Assembly (NCBI GenBank): GCA_041658125.1
Contig: JBBAAS010000003.1
Location: forward strand, 10,830 to 74,829
Direction: 5' to 3'
DNA length: 64,000 bases
DNA from: Candidatus Shapirobacteria bacterium
Lineage (GTDB): Bacteria > Patescibacteriota > Microgenomatia > UBA12405
The notes under the pieces were generated by a model. The model had not been told where the DNA came from. It ran no database searches and saw only the letters and a list, made by a program, of their open reading frames with translations. The translations under genes and the position numbers were made by a program. Position 1 is the first letter of the stretch. The number at the start of each line of letters is the position of its first letter. Below, piece after piece: positions 46,764 to 56,217 of the stretch.

Positions 46764-47206
46764 GGAGATGCCCACTAACGAAGCGGGGTCCAAAGTTGAC
46801 TGAAAAAGACGTCTACAAGCTTAAGATAATTTTCTCCTACACTCTCACTGGCTAAAATTAACAAAAGGCAGTGAAATGCCGATTGGTGAGGGCATTACCC
46901 CTCGCTTGTCTTTTTAGAAAATCGGGATCCTAAAAATAGCATTTCGGTTTAGTTAACACTGATTAATCTTCTCCGAAATAGGGGACTAATCAATGACTAG
47001 CGGCTTACGCCAAAGCGTAAACGGCTTGGCTGGCGGGTTGACTTGCGAAAACCGAACCAGTTACTTCACGAGCCTGATTAAGGGCTGTTCGAAGAGCATT
47101 ACCAATTTTGTTGGCATTATATTTTTGGTCCTTGTTTAGCGACTCTAGAACCAAAGTCGGCTTGCAGTCTTTTAAGGTACAAACTCTGTCGATTCAATTC
47201 ATCTCC
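46764..47206 (-). ncRNA. ssrA: candidate tmRNA (ssrA); boundaries are tentative
   Basis: On the minus strand the 5' end is GGAGAUG-AAUUGAAUCGACAGAG (tmRNA-like D-analog), and the 3' end is GGAC-CCCGC-UUCGUUA-GUGGG-CAUCUCC (T-arm plus a 7-bp acceptor complementary to the 5' end). An internal reading frame ends ...ASQAVYALA-UAA. Adjacent to smpB. Confidence 0.4.
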
Positions 47207-47248
47207 AGTGTTCTCATTGTAGCAAAAATCGCCCCAATTTACCAGTAT

Positions 47249-48292
47249 CTAATGTCCCTCCCTTTTTAGCCTTGTCAGCCCGTTGTACACCGCTACCGAC
47301 AAAGCTAGTCCGAAAATCCCCGAAAACTGCTCAAAATAAAATCTAAATACCGATGCCAAAAAGATATTTACTAAAAGTCCGTATTGGAAAAAATTTATCC
47401 CCCTTTTTCTTCTTTTTCTTAATACCCAAAATATCCCGACGCCAAACATTATTGAAGTTAGCAAGTCAGCAATTGCCTTAAGACTAAACATCGAAATATC
47501 CGTTCTGGTCAATAAATCCTTTCCGTAAAGCCAAAAATCCCAAAGTTCATTTTGTTTAAATCTGGTCCACAAAATGGCCGTGTCTGCTAACCCCACTACC
47601 ACATAGCCGACGGCCACCATTATCAAAATCGACAAAGTTATTTTTTTGCTGAAAATCGCATATCCCCAGCTTTTTAATGTCTGCCAAATCTTTTCATTCA
47701 GGTTGTTTTTGTCGTCAATATATTTCGATCTTACCACCAACTTATACAAATCCCCGGCCAATCTTTTTTCCTGTTCACCCCCTCTTTTCATCACTATTTT
47801 TAGGTCCGATATCAACTCTTTTCTCTCACTTTTTTCCAAATCATCCACCACCACTTCTTCCAGCCGGTCAATGGCGTTATATAAAAGTTCTTTTGTCGTT
47901 TTGGGTTGTATTTTTTCCAAATACCGGTACAAAATAAAAAACAAAACAAAGAAAATATAAATAAAAATAATCGCCGGTCGGAAAAAATAATTATAATCCA
48001 TTGTCAAAAGTTTGCCAATTTCATCGATAAACCACCCCAGTCCAAACCCAAATATTCCGGCCGCTATTTTTTTTGACCGGTTGCCCCAAAAAACCATGTC
48101 CCATATCATCCCGGCGGTCATAATCATCCCTCCAAACAAAGCATGCGACACATGCCATATCCCTCTGCCGATTTTTGGATAGCCCGTTAATTCCAAAAAA
48201 AGCCGTGATAAAAGTAGGCTGGCCACTCCCCAAATCATTACAATCAGCACCATTTCACTGGCGTTTTCTCTTTTAATCAAATTCCACTTCAT
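47249..48292 (-). CDS. hypothetical polytopic membrane protein
   Basis: 347 aa with at least 8 predicted TM helices. Confidence 0.45.
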   Translation of the reverse strand: MKWNLIKRENASEMVLIVMIWGVASLLLSRLFLELTGYPKIGRGIWHVSHALFGGMIMTAGMIWDMVFWGNRSKKIAAGIFGFGLGWFIDEIGKLLTMDYNYFFRPAIIFIYIFFVLFFILYRYLEKIQPKTTKELLYNAIDRLEEVVVDDLEKSERKELISDLKIVMKRGGEQEKRLAGDLYKLVVRSKYIDDKNNLNEKIWQTLKSWGYAIFSKKITLSILIMVAVGYVVVGLADTAILWTRFKQNELWDFWLYGKDLLTRTDISMFSLKAIADLLTSIMFGVGIFWVLRKRRKRGINFFQYGLLVNIFLASVFRFYFEQFSGIFGLALSVAVYNGLTRLKREGH

Positions 48293-48381
48293 TTCTCTTA
48301 TTCTATCTTAATTTTCCTATGCCTAATATTGTAGAGACGACCAATCTGGGCGTCTCTATTGTTGTGATTATTGTGTTTATT

Positions 48382-48456
48382 GTAGGGAACGGTTTAAAAT
48401 CGTTCCCCGGGTAGGGGCGTATTGCAATACGCCCCTACAAAAAGGTAGGGTGGGTT
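48382..48456 (+). repeat. double-hairpin GC-rich repeat variant (GGGAACGgtttaaaatCGTTCCC plus GTAGGGGCGTATTGCAATACGCCCCTAC)
   Basis: Two perfect palindromes followed by GGTAGGGTGGGTTT. It shares GGAACG and GTTTAAAA with family 2 and GTAGGG..GGGTTT with family 1. Confidence 0.55.
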
Positions 48457-48468
48457 TAATATTAATCT

Positions 48469-49134
48469 ATGTCTCTTCTTCTCGATCTGCTTTTCCCTCC
48501 CCGTTGTTGCGGTTGCGGCCGGCTAGGAGGCTATCTTTGTCCTGTTTGCCAAAATACTCTCATTCCTCTTTCCGTCAAACCTTCTTCCGATCCCCACCTT
48601 CAGGGCACTCTTTCTCTTTTTAAATATCACGGTTGCTTAAAAGACATTCTTAAGGAACTCAAATTCAATTTTGTTACTGACGTTGCTGATACCATCTCTT
48701 CTTTGGCCGTTTCGAGCCTTAAACAGAACTATCCTCATCTTTTACGGTTTTGGCAACAGTCTTCCTTTGTTTTTGTCCCCATTCCCCTTCATTTTTTTCG
48801 TCAAAATTGGCGCGGCTTCAACCAGGCCTCACTTTTAGGCCGATCTATCGCCAAAAAACTAAATCTTCCCTGTGTCGATGATCTCCTCATTCGTTCCCGC
48901 CACACTCCGCCCCAAACCTCCCAAAAAGACAAATCTTTTCGCCTGCAAAACCTTTCCTCCGCCTTTAAAATCAATCAACGGGGTTGGAATCCTGACTCCA
49001 AGTCGGGATTTAATAACCCCGCCCAAAATATTCTTCTTTTTGACGACGTTTTAACCACCGGTGCTACTCTCAAAAATGCCGCCTCGTGTTTTCCTAAAAC
49101 CACTAACTTCTGGTTTTTAACCATCGCCGGCTAG
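48469..49134 (+). CDS. comFC: ComF-family protein (double zinc ribbon plus phosphoribosyltransferase domain)
   Basis: CCGCGRLGGYLCPVCQ zinc ribbon and ILLFDDVLTTGATL PRTase motif. Confidence 0.7.
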   Translation: MSLLLDLLFPPRCCGCGRLGGYLCPVCQNTLIPLSVKPSSDPHLQGTLSLFKYHGCLKDILKELKFNFVTDVADTISSLAVSSLKQNYPHLLRFWQQSSFVFVPIPLHFFRQNWRGFNQASLLGRSIAKKLNLPCVDDLLIRSRHTPPQTSQKDKSFRLQNLSSAFKINQRGWNPDSKSGFNNPAQNILLFDDVLTTGATLKNAASCFPKTTNFWFLTIAG

Positions 49135-49160
49135 AAGTCAAAACCCTCTTTTTATTAAAG

Positions 49161-49212
49161 CCTCCCCTGCCCTGTCAGGGGAAGGGGTAGGGGAAGGGTT
49201 TGGATTTAGACG
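49161..49212 (+). repeat. family-1 palindromic repeat (type B, short)
   Basis: cctcccctgccctgtcaggggaaggggtaggggaagggtttggattt. Confidence 0.6.
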
Positions 49213-49880
49213 TCTTTTCTCACCATGTTCCCCGAAATTACTCTTTCCGTTTTGATTTCTTCAGCCGATTTTAGGCTGTCCCCGTTTTCCACTTTTACTT
49301 CATCACCAAAGCTACCTTCAATTGGGGTCAGTGAGCTTAAATAAAAATTTTCTACATCTAGCCCGTGTCCTTCCAGCGATTCCTTTAATTCCTGCTTAAT
49401 TTCTTCTTCAATCATGTTTCTATCGGTTGATAGGGCATTTGCTAAAGTGTGTCCGGTCAGCACTCTTCGGATCCGGCTTCTGGTTACCGGTCTGACCACC
49501 TTGGAAACGAAGTTTTCGCCGATATTTTGCCATATTTCCGGCAATCTTTGTGTATCCAGCTTAATCAGGACTGTTGCCTCCACCGCTACAAACTTATTGT
49601 CCGATGATACCGCGTTTATTAGCTCATCACCCATTATTTCCTTGTTATCCTTTAACACTACGTCTTTGGCGATGGTATATTCGATCAATTGGGCGTTAAA
49701 AAGCTTCACCCGGTGAATTATCGGTAGCTTAAAATGCATCCCCGGATACCAGACATTTTTCAAAACACCCCGAAATATGCTGTAAATACAGCCTACATGT
49801 CCCGGCGGCACCGTCACTAAAAACCCGCCGACAACTTCATCTACGAACAGTGATACCAGTAAATTATCTATCGAGGCCAT
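49206..49880 (-). CDS. SPFH/band-7 domain protein
   Basis: Prohibitin/stomatin-like core (IEYTIAKDVVLKDNKEIMGDELINAVSSDNKFVAVEATVLIKLD). Confidence 0.55.
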   Translation of the reverse strand: MASIDNLLVSLFVDEVVGGFLVTVPPGHVGCIYSIFRGVLKNVWYPGMHFKLPIIHRVKLFNAQLIEYTIAKDVVLKDNKEIMGDELINAVSSDNKFVAVEATVLIKLDTQRLPEIWQNIGENFVSKVVRPVTRSRIRRVLTGHTLANALSTDRNMIEEEIKQELKESLEGHGLDVENFYLSSLTPIEGSFGDEVKVENGDSLKSAEEIKTERVISGNMVRKDV

Positions 49881-49889
49881 ATCTAAAGA

Positions 49890-50546
49890 TTATACCATCT
49901 TAAATCCGCTGGCAAGTTCCGACAGTTCTTTTTCCTGGTCGCCTGCTTTGACCACGTCTGTCGCTACCAAAATGCCCTTTGCTCCCATTTTCAAGGCTAC
50001 CAGTACATCTTCCTTAGAATGAACCCCGGCTCCGGCCAGCGTCGGAATTACCCCGTATTTTTCCGCTATTTTTTTGATTATTTCCGGTTTTTCCGTCGCT
50101 ACCGACTTTTCTCTGTTTCCGATCAGATATTTTGGTTCATAGGCAACCATCGTTGGTTTGATGTTTTTTGCCCAACCTTCCATCTGCCCGATGGTTTGCA
50201 GACAAACCACACTCTCAAACCCCTCCGGCCAGTTACTAAGCATTTTTTTAATCGTTCCCGGCTTTACTCTTTGTTCCGAATGGTTTATTAGGGCTCCGTC
50301 GGCTCCGGCCTCTTTGGCCGCTTTTACCGAAATACTTCCGGTTTTAGCTCCGTCCTCATACTCCGACACCGCTTGGATATAAACTTTTATTCCCAATTCT
50401 TTTTTGATTCTGTAGACATCTAATGCCGATACTACCGGTATTATTACCACTTTTGTTTTTTCCATGACTCTTTTACATACCTCTGCCAACCTCATTGCCC
50501 CTTCCCCAAACGTTTCTTTATAAATTTTAAAATTTACTAATATCAT
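49890..50546 (-). CDS. tpiA: triosephosphate isomerase, short archaeal-type
   Basis: 218 aa. ILVNFKIYKE, LINHSEQR and AYEPKYLIGN follow the archaeal TIM pattern (NHSE[RK]R, EPPELIG) rather than the bacterial GHSERR, which occurs at about 250 aa. Confidence 0.75.
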   Translation of the reverse strand: MILVNFKIYKETFGEGAMRLAEVCKRVMEKTKVVIIPVVSALDVYRIKKELGIKVYIQAVSEYEDGAKTGSISVKAAKEAGADGALINHSEQRVKPGTIKKMLSNWPEGFESVVCLQTIGQMEGWAKNIKPTMVAYEPKYLIGNREKSVATEKPEIIKKIAEKYGVIPTLAGAGVHSKEDVLVALKMGAKGILVATDVVKAGDQEKELSELASGFKMV

Positions 50547-50620
50547 AAATATATTATAGCCCTTCTTTCCTCAAAGCCTACCCGCTTATCTACTTGCCTC
50601 CGATGAACAAAGAGACTAAT

Positions 50621-50662
50621 GCTCCTCCTTTCGTCAAAGGAGGAGTTAGAGGTAGATTTTGC
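50621..50662 (+). repeat. family-1 palindromic repeat (type A)
   Basis: gCTCCTCCTTTCGTCAAAGGAGGAGttagaggtagattttg. Confidence 0.65.
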
Positions 50663-52204
50663 TTATTTTAACTGATACTTAACCCTTACCTGTTCAATTC
50701 CGTTTCTCAAGCTTACCATCAATTTTTCCGAGTCAAAACTGTTTTTAATCATCCCGTTAATCGCATCGGCAAAATACTGGCTCATTTCATCATTTATACC
50801 CTTATCATCCCAGGTTCTGGAGCACAGATACCAGCTTTCCGCTTGGTTGGCCACTGTTGCAAACGGCTTCAGTAGTTTATTTTCACTGATCTTAGCCGCC
50901 ATACTTTTTCGCGGATATATTTCCCCAAAGGCTCTTACTTGCGAGGCTGTCAAATACATTTTTTCCAGTCCCTCTTTTGACGCCAAATATTCCAAAAATT
51001 GCCAGGCTTCTTTTTGATTTTTGCTCTTTGAGTTGACTCCTTCTACCCAGTAACTCGCCCAATGAATATTAGTCAAAGAACCTTCTCCTATCGGTTCGTT
51101 TCTATTTTGGCTTTCCAGTGTTTGTAACTGTGGTACCGGGATAATTTCATATTTCAAATTCGGATACCGCTCATTAAGCTCAAATGCCCGCCACGATGGC
51201 GCAAAATAAAAGGCCAATTTTCCACTGCCAAAAGCCGAAGTTGAATTCGGCATGGTTTCATCCCACACCCTGTCCGCCCCTGTTCCAAATTGGCTATAAA
51301 ACTTCAACGCGTCCAATAGTGACCCATTATTAGTTTGATCATTTTTAAAAAAATCAGTCCCATTTTGTTTGCCCAAAACTCCGACAATATCACTGAAGTG
51401 ATCGACATTATCAGTCAGCCCCATGGCCACTCCGGCCACTTTTATTTTTCCCGTTTCGTCTTTTACCGTTAGTTTTTTTGCCGCCTCTTTTAAGTCCCAC
51501 CACGATTTTGGTAGCGTCACCCCTGCCGCCGTAATCAGGTCTTTATTGTAATAAAGGCTTAAACCGTCGTACATCAATGGTATGGCCACAAAGTTGCCTC
51601 CTGACTTTAGGTCATTTTTATACACATCAAAAAAATCCGTTTCCAGTTCCAATGTTTGGGCTGTTTGGGCCGGTACCGGCGCTAAATATTCCAAAAAGTT
51701 TGGCAACCACGTCTGATGAATTCTATAAATATCCGGGCCTTCGTCCTTTGCCAACCTCGATAAAAGTATTGTTCGGTAATTATCCTTGTCCTGTTTCGTG
51801 TAATTAATTTTAATATTTGGATTTTTGGCCTCAAAGTCGGCAATTATTCCATCCAGCACATTTTTTTCCTCCCACATTCCGGAGTAATTAATAGTGATAA
51901 TTTCCTGTTTTCCCGTAATCTTTGGGAGTATTACCTTGAAAATTAAAAACAAAATCACCCCTACTCCTAAAACTATCCCCAGCGGAATCAATATTTTACT
52001 GAAGTTAAAAACTTTTTTTGGTTCTGCCGCCGGTACCGTTTCTGGTTTATCTGTCGTAACAGGCTCGCTTGTCCCTGGGGAGGGGTTTGCCCCTGAGGGA
52101 TTTATCCCCGATGAGGGGTTTGGATTTGTATCCGTTTCTTCTTTTTCCACTTCCATCCTAAAATTTCTTGGCGGCAGTGGCGACTTGATTTCGTCTAAAT
52201 TCAC
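50663..52204 (-). CDS. ABC transporter extracellular solute-binding protein (family 1, sugar-type) with an N-terminal TM anchor
   Basis: 513 aa with a Pro/Ser-rich N-terminal linker, a TM segment, then an SBP-like fold. Confidence 0.6.
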   Translation of the reverse strand: MNLDEIKSPLPPRNFRMEVEKEETDTNPNPSSGINPSGANPSPGTSEPVTTDKPETVPAAEPKKVFNFSKILIPLGIVLGVGVILFLIFKVILPKITGKQEIITINYSGMWEEKNVLDGIIADFEAKNPNIKINYTKQDKDNYRTILLSRLAKDEGPDIYRIHQTWLPNFLEYLAPVPAQTAQTLELETDFFDVYKNDLKSGGNFVAIPLMYDGLSLYYNKDLITAAGVTLPKSWWDLKEAAKKLTVKDETGKIKVAGVAMGLTDNVDHFSDIVGVLGKQNGTDFFKNDQTNNGSLLDALKFYSQFGTGADRVWDETMPNSTSAFGSGKLAFYFAPSWRAFELNERYPNLKYEIIPVPQLQTLESQNRNEPIGEGSLTNIHWASYWVEGVNSKSKNQKEAWQFLEYLASKEGLEKMYLTASQVRAFGEIYPRKSMAAKISENKLLKPFATVANQAESWYLCSRTWDDKGINDEMSQYFADAINGMIKNSFDSEKLMVSLRNGIEQVRVKYQLK

Positions 52205-52241
52205 ACTTATATCATAACAAAACTTTTGCTAAACTTGCCAT

Positions 52242-52658
52242 ATGATCCTTCATGTTTACACTGATGGCGGTGCCCGCGGCAATCCCGGTCCGGCCGGTTA
52301 CGGCCTTGTTGTTTCGGACCAAAATCAGCAAATTCTTTATCAGGAATCCAAATATCTTGGTGTTCAAACCAATAATGTTGCCGAATATTCCGCTCTTCTT
52401 GCCGCCACCAGTTGGGTCGTCAAAAATTTATCGAATTTATCACTTTCCAAAATCATTTTTTATTCCGACTCCCAACTTCTGATTCGTCAGGTGGAAGGCT
52501 CTTACAAAGTCAAAGCCGTTCATCTCAAGCCGCTTCATTCTGCCGTTACCGCTCTGCTTTCATCTTTGACCGTGCCTTATCAGTTTAAAAATATTCCTCG
52601 GGAAAAAAATCAACTTGCCGATGAATTGGCTAATCTTGCCATGGATCGAAAGTTATGA
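52242..52658 (+). CDS. rnhA: ribonuclease HI
   Basis: MILHVYTDGGARGNPGPAGYGLVV matches the RNase H N-terminus with its DEDD residues. Confidence 0.8.
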   Translation: MILHVYTDGGARGNPGPAGYGLVVSDQNQQILYQESKYLGVQTNNVAEYSALLAATSWVVKNLSNLSLSKIIFYSDSQLLIRQVEGSYKVKAVHLKPLHSAVTALLSSLTVPYQFKNIPREKNQLADELANLAMDRKL

Positions 52659-54370
52659 AAGTTAAAATCTTAATTTTTATTATTATCGCCATCTTTTTAT
52701 CCTCTGCTGTTCTTCTTTTTCCTTTAATTAAAAATTACGGTAAAACCGCCAAAAACACCTTTTTGTTAGGTAACGATTATTCCACCCTTTCCCGTGAGCA
52801 AATAGTTCAAAAGCTTTCCGCCGATTTTCCTTTTCCTTCTTCCCTTAAATTAACCACTGCCGATCAAAATTACGATCTCAAATTGGCCTCTATATCAGCA
52901 GAAATTAATCTTTCTAAAACCGCCGGCAACCTCTTGTACCGCCGGCTAACCGAGGGCGTTTTAGTTTACATTAAAAACTTTTTTGCTCCCAAAAATTTTA
53001 TTCTCCAAATTAACTATAATGACGAACAACTTAACCAATATTTAACCGATCTTTCGGCTCAAGTTAATCGCCCCTTTGTCCCCTCCGAACTGGAGCTCGA
53101 AGAAACCAACGTTACCCTCAAGTCTGGCCAAATCGGTCAGGAAATTGATATTGCCGTCCTTAAGGCCGACATCCTTACCGCTCTTCAATATGCCAATTTT
53201 TCTTCTCCGATTGCCATTCAAACCCATCCCGTCGGCTCTCTTCCTGACGATAGCCAAGTCACTGCCGCCCTTGCCCGTGGTCAAAAATTAATTAGCAAAT
53301 CACTTACCTTGAATTATGACGTTACTAACCTAGTTTTAGACGACAAAACTTTGGTGGGTTGGCTTGATTTTAACAATAGTTTCAACCTTGCCGACCTTGG
53401 TGACTATGTCAAAGTAGTTTCTCAAAGTCTTAATCGTAGTCCGGTCGATGCCATTTTAAAATTTGAAAACAACAAAGTTTCCGATTTTCGTCCGGCCACA
53501 AATGGCGTCGTTGTCAAAGAAGCTGATCTTACCGGACTTTTAAATTCCACTTTGGAAAATTTAATTACTTCGGATCAAAAAAATCTTTCCGTTACAGTCC
53601 CGGTCGATACCGTTAAGCCGGCTGTTGCGACAAATGACGTCAATAATTTTGGCATCCGTGAGCTTTTAGGTCGGGGCAGTTCCACCTTCAAGCATTCCAA
53701 CACCATCCGCAACTTCAACATTGAAAAAGGCGCCTCTGTCATCAACCGCATTTTGGTTGCTCCCGGCGAAACTTTCTCATTTATTAAAAATCTTGGCGAA
53801 GTTACCATTGAATCCGGTTTTAAAAAAGCCTATATCATCCGCGCCGGCAAAACCGAACTTGATATTGGCGGTGGTATTTGTCAGGTTTCTACCACTCTTT
53901 TTCGGGCTATGTTAAATTCCGGGCTTGATATTACCGAGCGTCAGAATCACGCCTATCGCGTTGGCTATTACGAGGAGGATATGCCTCCGGGTTACGATGC
54001 CACCGTTTTTATTCCTAGCCCCGATCTAAAGTTTGTCAACGATACCGGTCATCACGTTTTGATCCAAAATATTTACGATGGCAAAAACAAAAAATTAACT
54101 TATGAAATCTATGGCACTTCCGATGGCCGTCAGGTTGATATCAGCAATTATCGCCGCTGGGATGCCACTCCCGCACCTCCCGACGTCTATATCGATGATC
54201 CTACCCTTCCTCCGGGAAAAGTCGTTCAGGACGAACACCGCATTGCCGGTCTCAAAACCGCTTTCGATTGGAAAGTTACCCGCGATGGTCAAATCCTTCA
54301 TCAAAAAACTTTTCAAAGTAACTTTGTTCCCTGGGCCGCCGTCTATCGTCGTGGCTTGCCCCAGCCCTAA
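52655..54370 (+). CDS. VanW-family protein with an N-terminal TM anchor
   Basis: GGGICQVSTTLFRAMLNSGLDITERQNHAY is the VanW signature. Confidence 0.65.
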   Translation: MKVKILIFIIIAIFLSSAVLLFPLIKNYGKTAKNTFLLGNDYSTLSREQIVQKLSADFPFPSSLKLTTADQNYDLKLASISAEINLSKTAGNLLYRRLTEGVLVYIKNFFAPKNFILQINYNDEQLNQYLTDLSAQVNRPFVPSELELEETNVTLKSGQIGQEIDIAVLKADILTALQYANFSSPIAIQTHPVGSLPDDSQVTAALARGQKLISKSLTLNYDVTNLVLDDKTLVGWLDFNNSFNLADLGDYVKVVSQSLNRSPVDAILKFENNKVSDFRPATNGVVVKEADLTGLLNSTLENLITSDQKNLSVTVPVDTVKPAVATNDVNNFGIRELLGRGSSTFKHSNTIRNFNIEKGASVINRILVAPGETFSFIKNLGEVTIESGFKKAYIIRAGKTELDIGGGICQVSTTLFRAMLNSGLDITERQNHAYRVGYYEEDMPPGYDATVFIPSPDLKFVNDTGHHVLIQNIYDGKNKKLTYEIYGTSDGRQVDISNYRRWDATPAPPDVYIDDPTLPPGKVVQDEHRIAGLKTAFDWKVTRDGQILHQKTFQSNFVPWAAVYRRGLPQP

Positions 54371-54393
54371 CGTCGGCATGTGGGCATTCAACC

Positions 54394-55488
54394 TTAATCT
54401 AACTCCCAGCGGGGAAGTCTATCCAGTTTTTCAATCTCTTCCACAAACTCTCCTCTCATTGCCTTGTAATACCCCGCCACTCCGATCATCGCCGCGTTAT
54501 CGGTATTTAGCCATTTTTTCGCCGGCATATAAATCGGCAGTTTCATTTCTTTTGCCAATTTTCTTAATCTTTTTCTCAAAGTCATATTCGCCAGTACTCC
54601 GCCCGAGGCCAGCAATGTTTTTGGTTGATATTTTTCTATCGCCAGTTTAAATTTTCTTGTCAAATGCTCAAAGACCGCCTCCTGAAAACTGGCCGCCAAA
54701 TCAGCCAAATGCTCGTTCACTTTTTCTTTCGGCCAGTCTTTTATTTTGTAATAAAAACTGGTCTTAAGTCCGGAAAAACTAAAATCCATTATTTTTTTAT
54801 CTTGGAGTGGTTTTGGCAATTCTAAAAATTTAGGGTCGCCTTTCATGGCCACTCTTTCAATCACCGGTCCTCCCGGATATCCCAATCCTAATAATTTTGC
54901 CGCCTTATCCAGTGCCTCTCCCGCTGCGTCATCCAGCGTCTCGCCGACCGTTTCATACTCTCCAATCTTTTTTATTATTACTATTTTAGAATGACCACCT
55001 GATACAGTTAGCGCTAGTGCTGGAAAGCCTATTTCCCTACTTGGTAAATTGTTCTTATTCTTTACCCAATTAGATAAAATATGTCCCTCAATATGGTTAA
55101 CAGCAACAAGTCTTTTATTATACTTCTTGGCCAACTCTTTGGCCATGTTTACTCCCACTCCCAGCGCCGGTGCCAACCCCGGTCCCACCGTCACCGCGAT
55201 CACATCTATGTCTCTTATCATTTCTTTTATCTCCCTTGCCCTGCTTGCCCCTGTGGGGTCAAGGGAAAGGGTAGGGTTAGGGTTTTGTTTTTTTGCTCTT
55301 TTCAGCGCTTCCATTATCACCGGTCCGATTCTTTCCTGATGAGCGCGTTTAGCAATATCCGGTACCACTCCGCCCCATTTTTTATGCAGGTCTATCTGTG
55401 ACGAAATCACCGACGACAATACTCTGTCGTCCTCCAGCACCGCCGCACAAGTGTCGTCACAACTGGTTTCTATCGCCAATATTTTCAT
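54394..55488 (-). CDS. tsaD: tRNA N6-adenosine threonylcarbamoyltransferase TsaD (Kae1/Gcp)
   Basis: MKILAIETSCDDTCAAVL and VTVGPGLAPALGVGVNMAKELA, plus a C-terminal metal site. Contains an in-frame repeat encoding KQNPNPTLSLDPTGASRAR. Confidence 0.85.
   Translation of the reverse strand: MKILAIETSCDDTCAAVLEDDRVLSSVISSQIDLHKKWGGVVPDIAKRAHQERIGPVIMEALKRAKKQNPNPTLSLDPTGASRAREIKEMIRDIDVIAVTVGPGLAPALGVGVNMAKELAKKYNKRLVAVNHIEGHILSNWVKNKNNLPSREIGFPALALTVSGGHSKIVIIKKIGEYETVGETLDDAAGEALDKAAKLLGLGYPGGPVIERVAMKGDPKFLELPKPLQDKKIMDFSFSGLKTSFYYKIKDWPKEKVNEHLADLAASFQEAVFEHLTRKFKLAIEKYQPKTLLASGGVLANMTLRKRLRKLAKEMKLPIYMPAKKWLNTDNAAMIGVAGYYKAMRGEFVEEIEKLDRLPRWELD
55230..55287 (+). repeat. family-1 repeat (type B) inserted in-frame in tsaD
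   Basis: tctcccttgccctgcttgcccctgtggggtcaagggaaagggtagggttagggttttg. Confidence 0.7.
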
Positions 55489-55500
55489 TCTCGTATTTTA

Positions 55501-55556
55501 CTCCCCTCCTTTCCTCAAAGGAGGGGTCAGGGGGTAGATTTTGACGGGAAGGGTTT
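55501..55556 (+). repeat. family-1 repeat (type A) in the tsaD/HIT divergent intergenic region
   Basis: CTCCCCTCCTTTCCTCAAAGGAGGGGtcagggggtagattttgacgggaagggttt, followed by TATAAT 7 nt before the HIT ATG. Confidence 0.7.
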
Positions 55557-55568
55557 ATAATTACTCAT

Positions 55569-56048
55569 ATGTCACCTTGTCTTTTTTGCCAAATCGCCGA
55601 CGGTTCCATTCCCAGTTTTAAAATTTGGGAAGACGACCACCATTTTGCTTTTTTGGATATTTTTCCGAATTGCCTTGGTCAAACCGTTGTTATTTCCAAA
55701 AAGCATTTTAGTAGCTATTTTGCCGACCTCCCGAGCCGCAACCTTTCTTCTCTTATCGTTGCCGCCAAAAAAGTTGGGAAAATTCTGGATGCCGCCTTCG
55801 CCGATGTCTCCCGTACCGCTTTGGTTTTTGAAGGCTTTGGTGTCAATCATATTCACGCCAAGCTTTATCCGCTCCATGGCACCGGTGATCTTTTGGAGTT
55901 TCAGGCCATTGAAAAAAATCGTCAAAAAGACGTCCAAAAACAGTTTTTCGACCGCTATCAGGGCTACATCGCTTCCTATTCTTACGACCGCATGTCCGAC
56001 CAAAAGCTTAAGTCTATTGCCGATATGATTATTAATTCCCAAAAATAA
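55569..56048 (+). CDS. HIT-family (histidine triad) hydrolase
   Basis: CLFCQIADGSIPSFKIWEDDHHFAFLDIFPNCLGQTVVISKKHF and NHIHAKL (His-triad region). Confidence 0.7.
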   Translation: MSPCLFCQIADGSIPSFKIWEDDHHFAFLDIFPNCLGQTVVISKKHFSSYFADLPSRNLSSLIVAAKKVGKILDAAFADVSRTALVFEGFGVNHIHAKLYPLHGTGDLLEFQAIEKNRQKDVQKQFFDRYQGYIASYSYDRMSDQKLKSIADMIINSQK

Positions 56049-56217
56049 ATTATTAGTCTATAACTAAACCAATATGAAACCAATTCTTCTCATCCTCATC
56101 GGCATCATTGCCGTTTTGATTTGATTCCCAATTTGGTCAAGTGGCGGCGGTTTTAAAAGTGGTGGTGGGGGATTTGGTGGCGGTTCTTCCGGCGGCGGTG
56201 CCTCCGGCAGTTGGTAG

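Noticed and set aside
47150-47206. Alternative tmRNA 5' end GGGGCGA (canonical GGGG start) about 40 nt upstream of the chosen 5' end
   Set aside because: No complementary 3' acceptor strand (UCGCCCC) exists near the T-arm, whereas GGAGAUG pairs perfectly with CAUCUCC.
46760-47250. A plus-strand tmRNA reading of the same locus
   Set aside because: On the plus strand the T-arm-like hairpin would sit at the 5' end and no 3' tRNA-like domain forms. Only the minus-strand orientation gives a coherent acceptor and T-arm arrangement.
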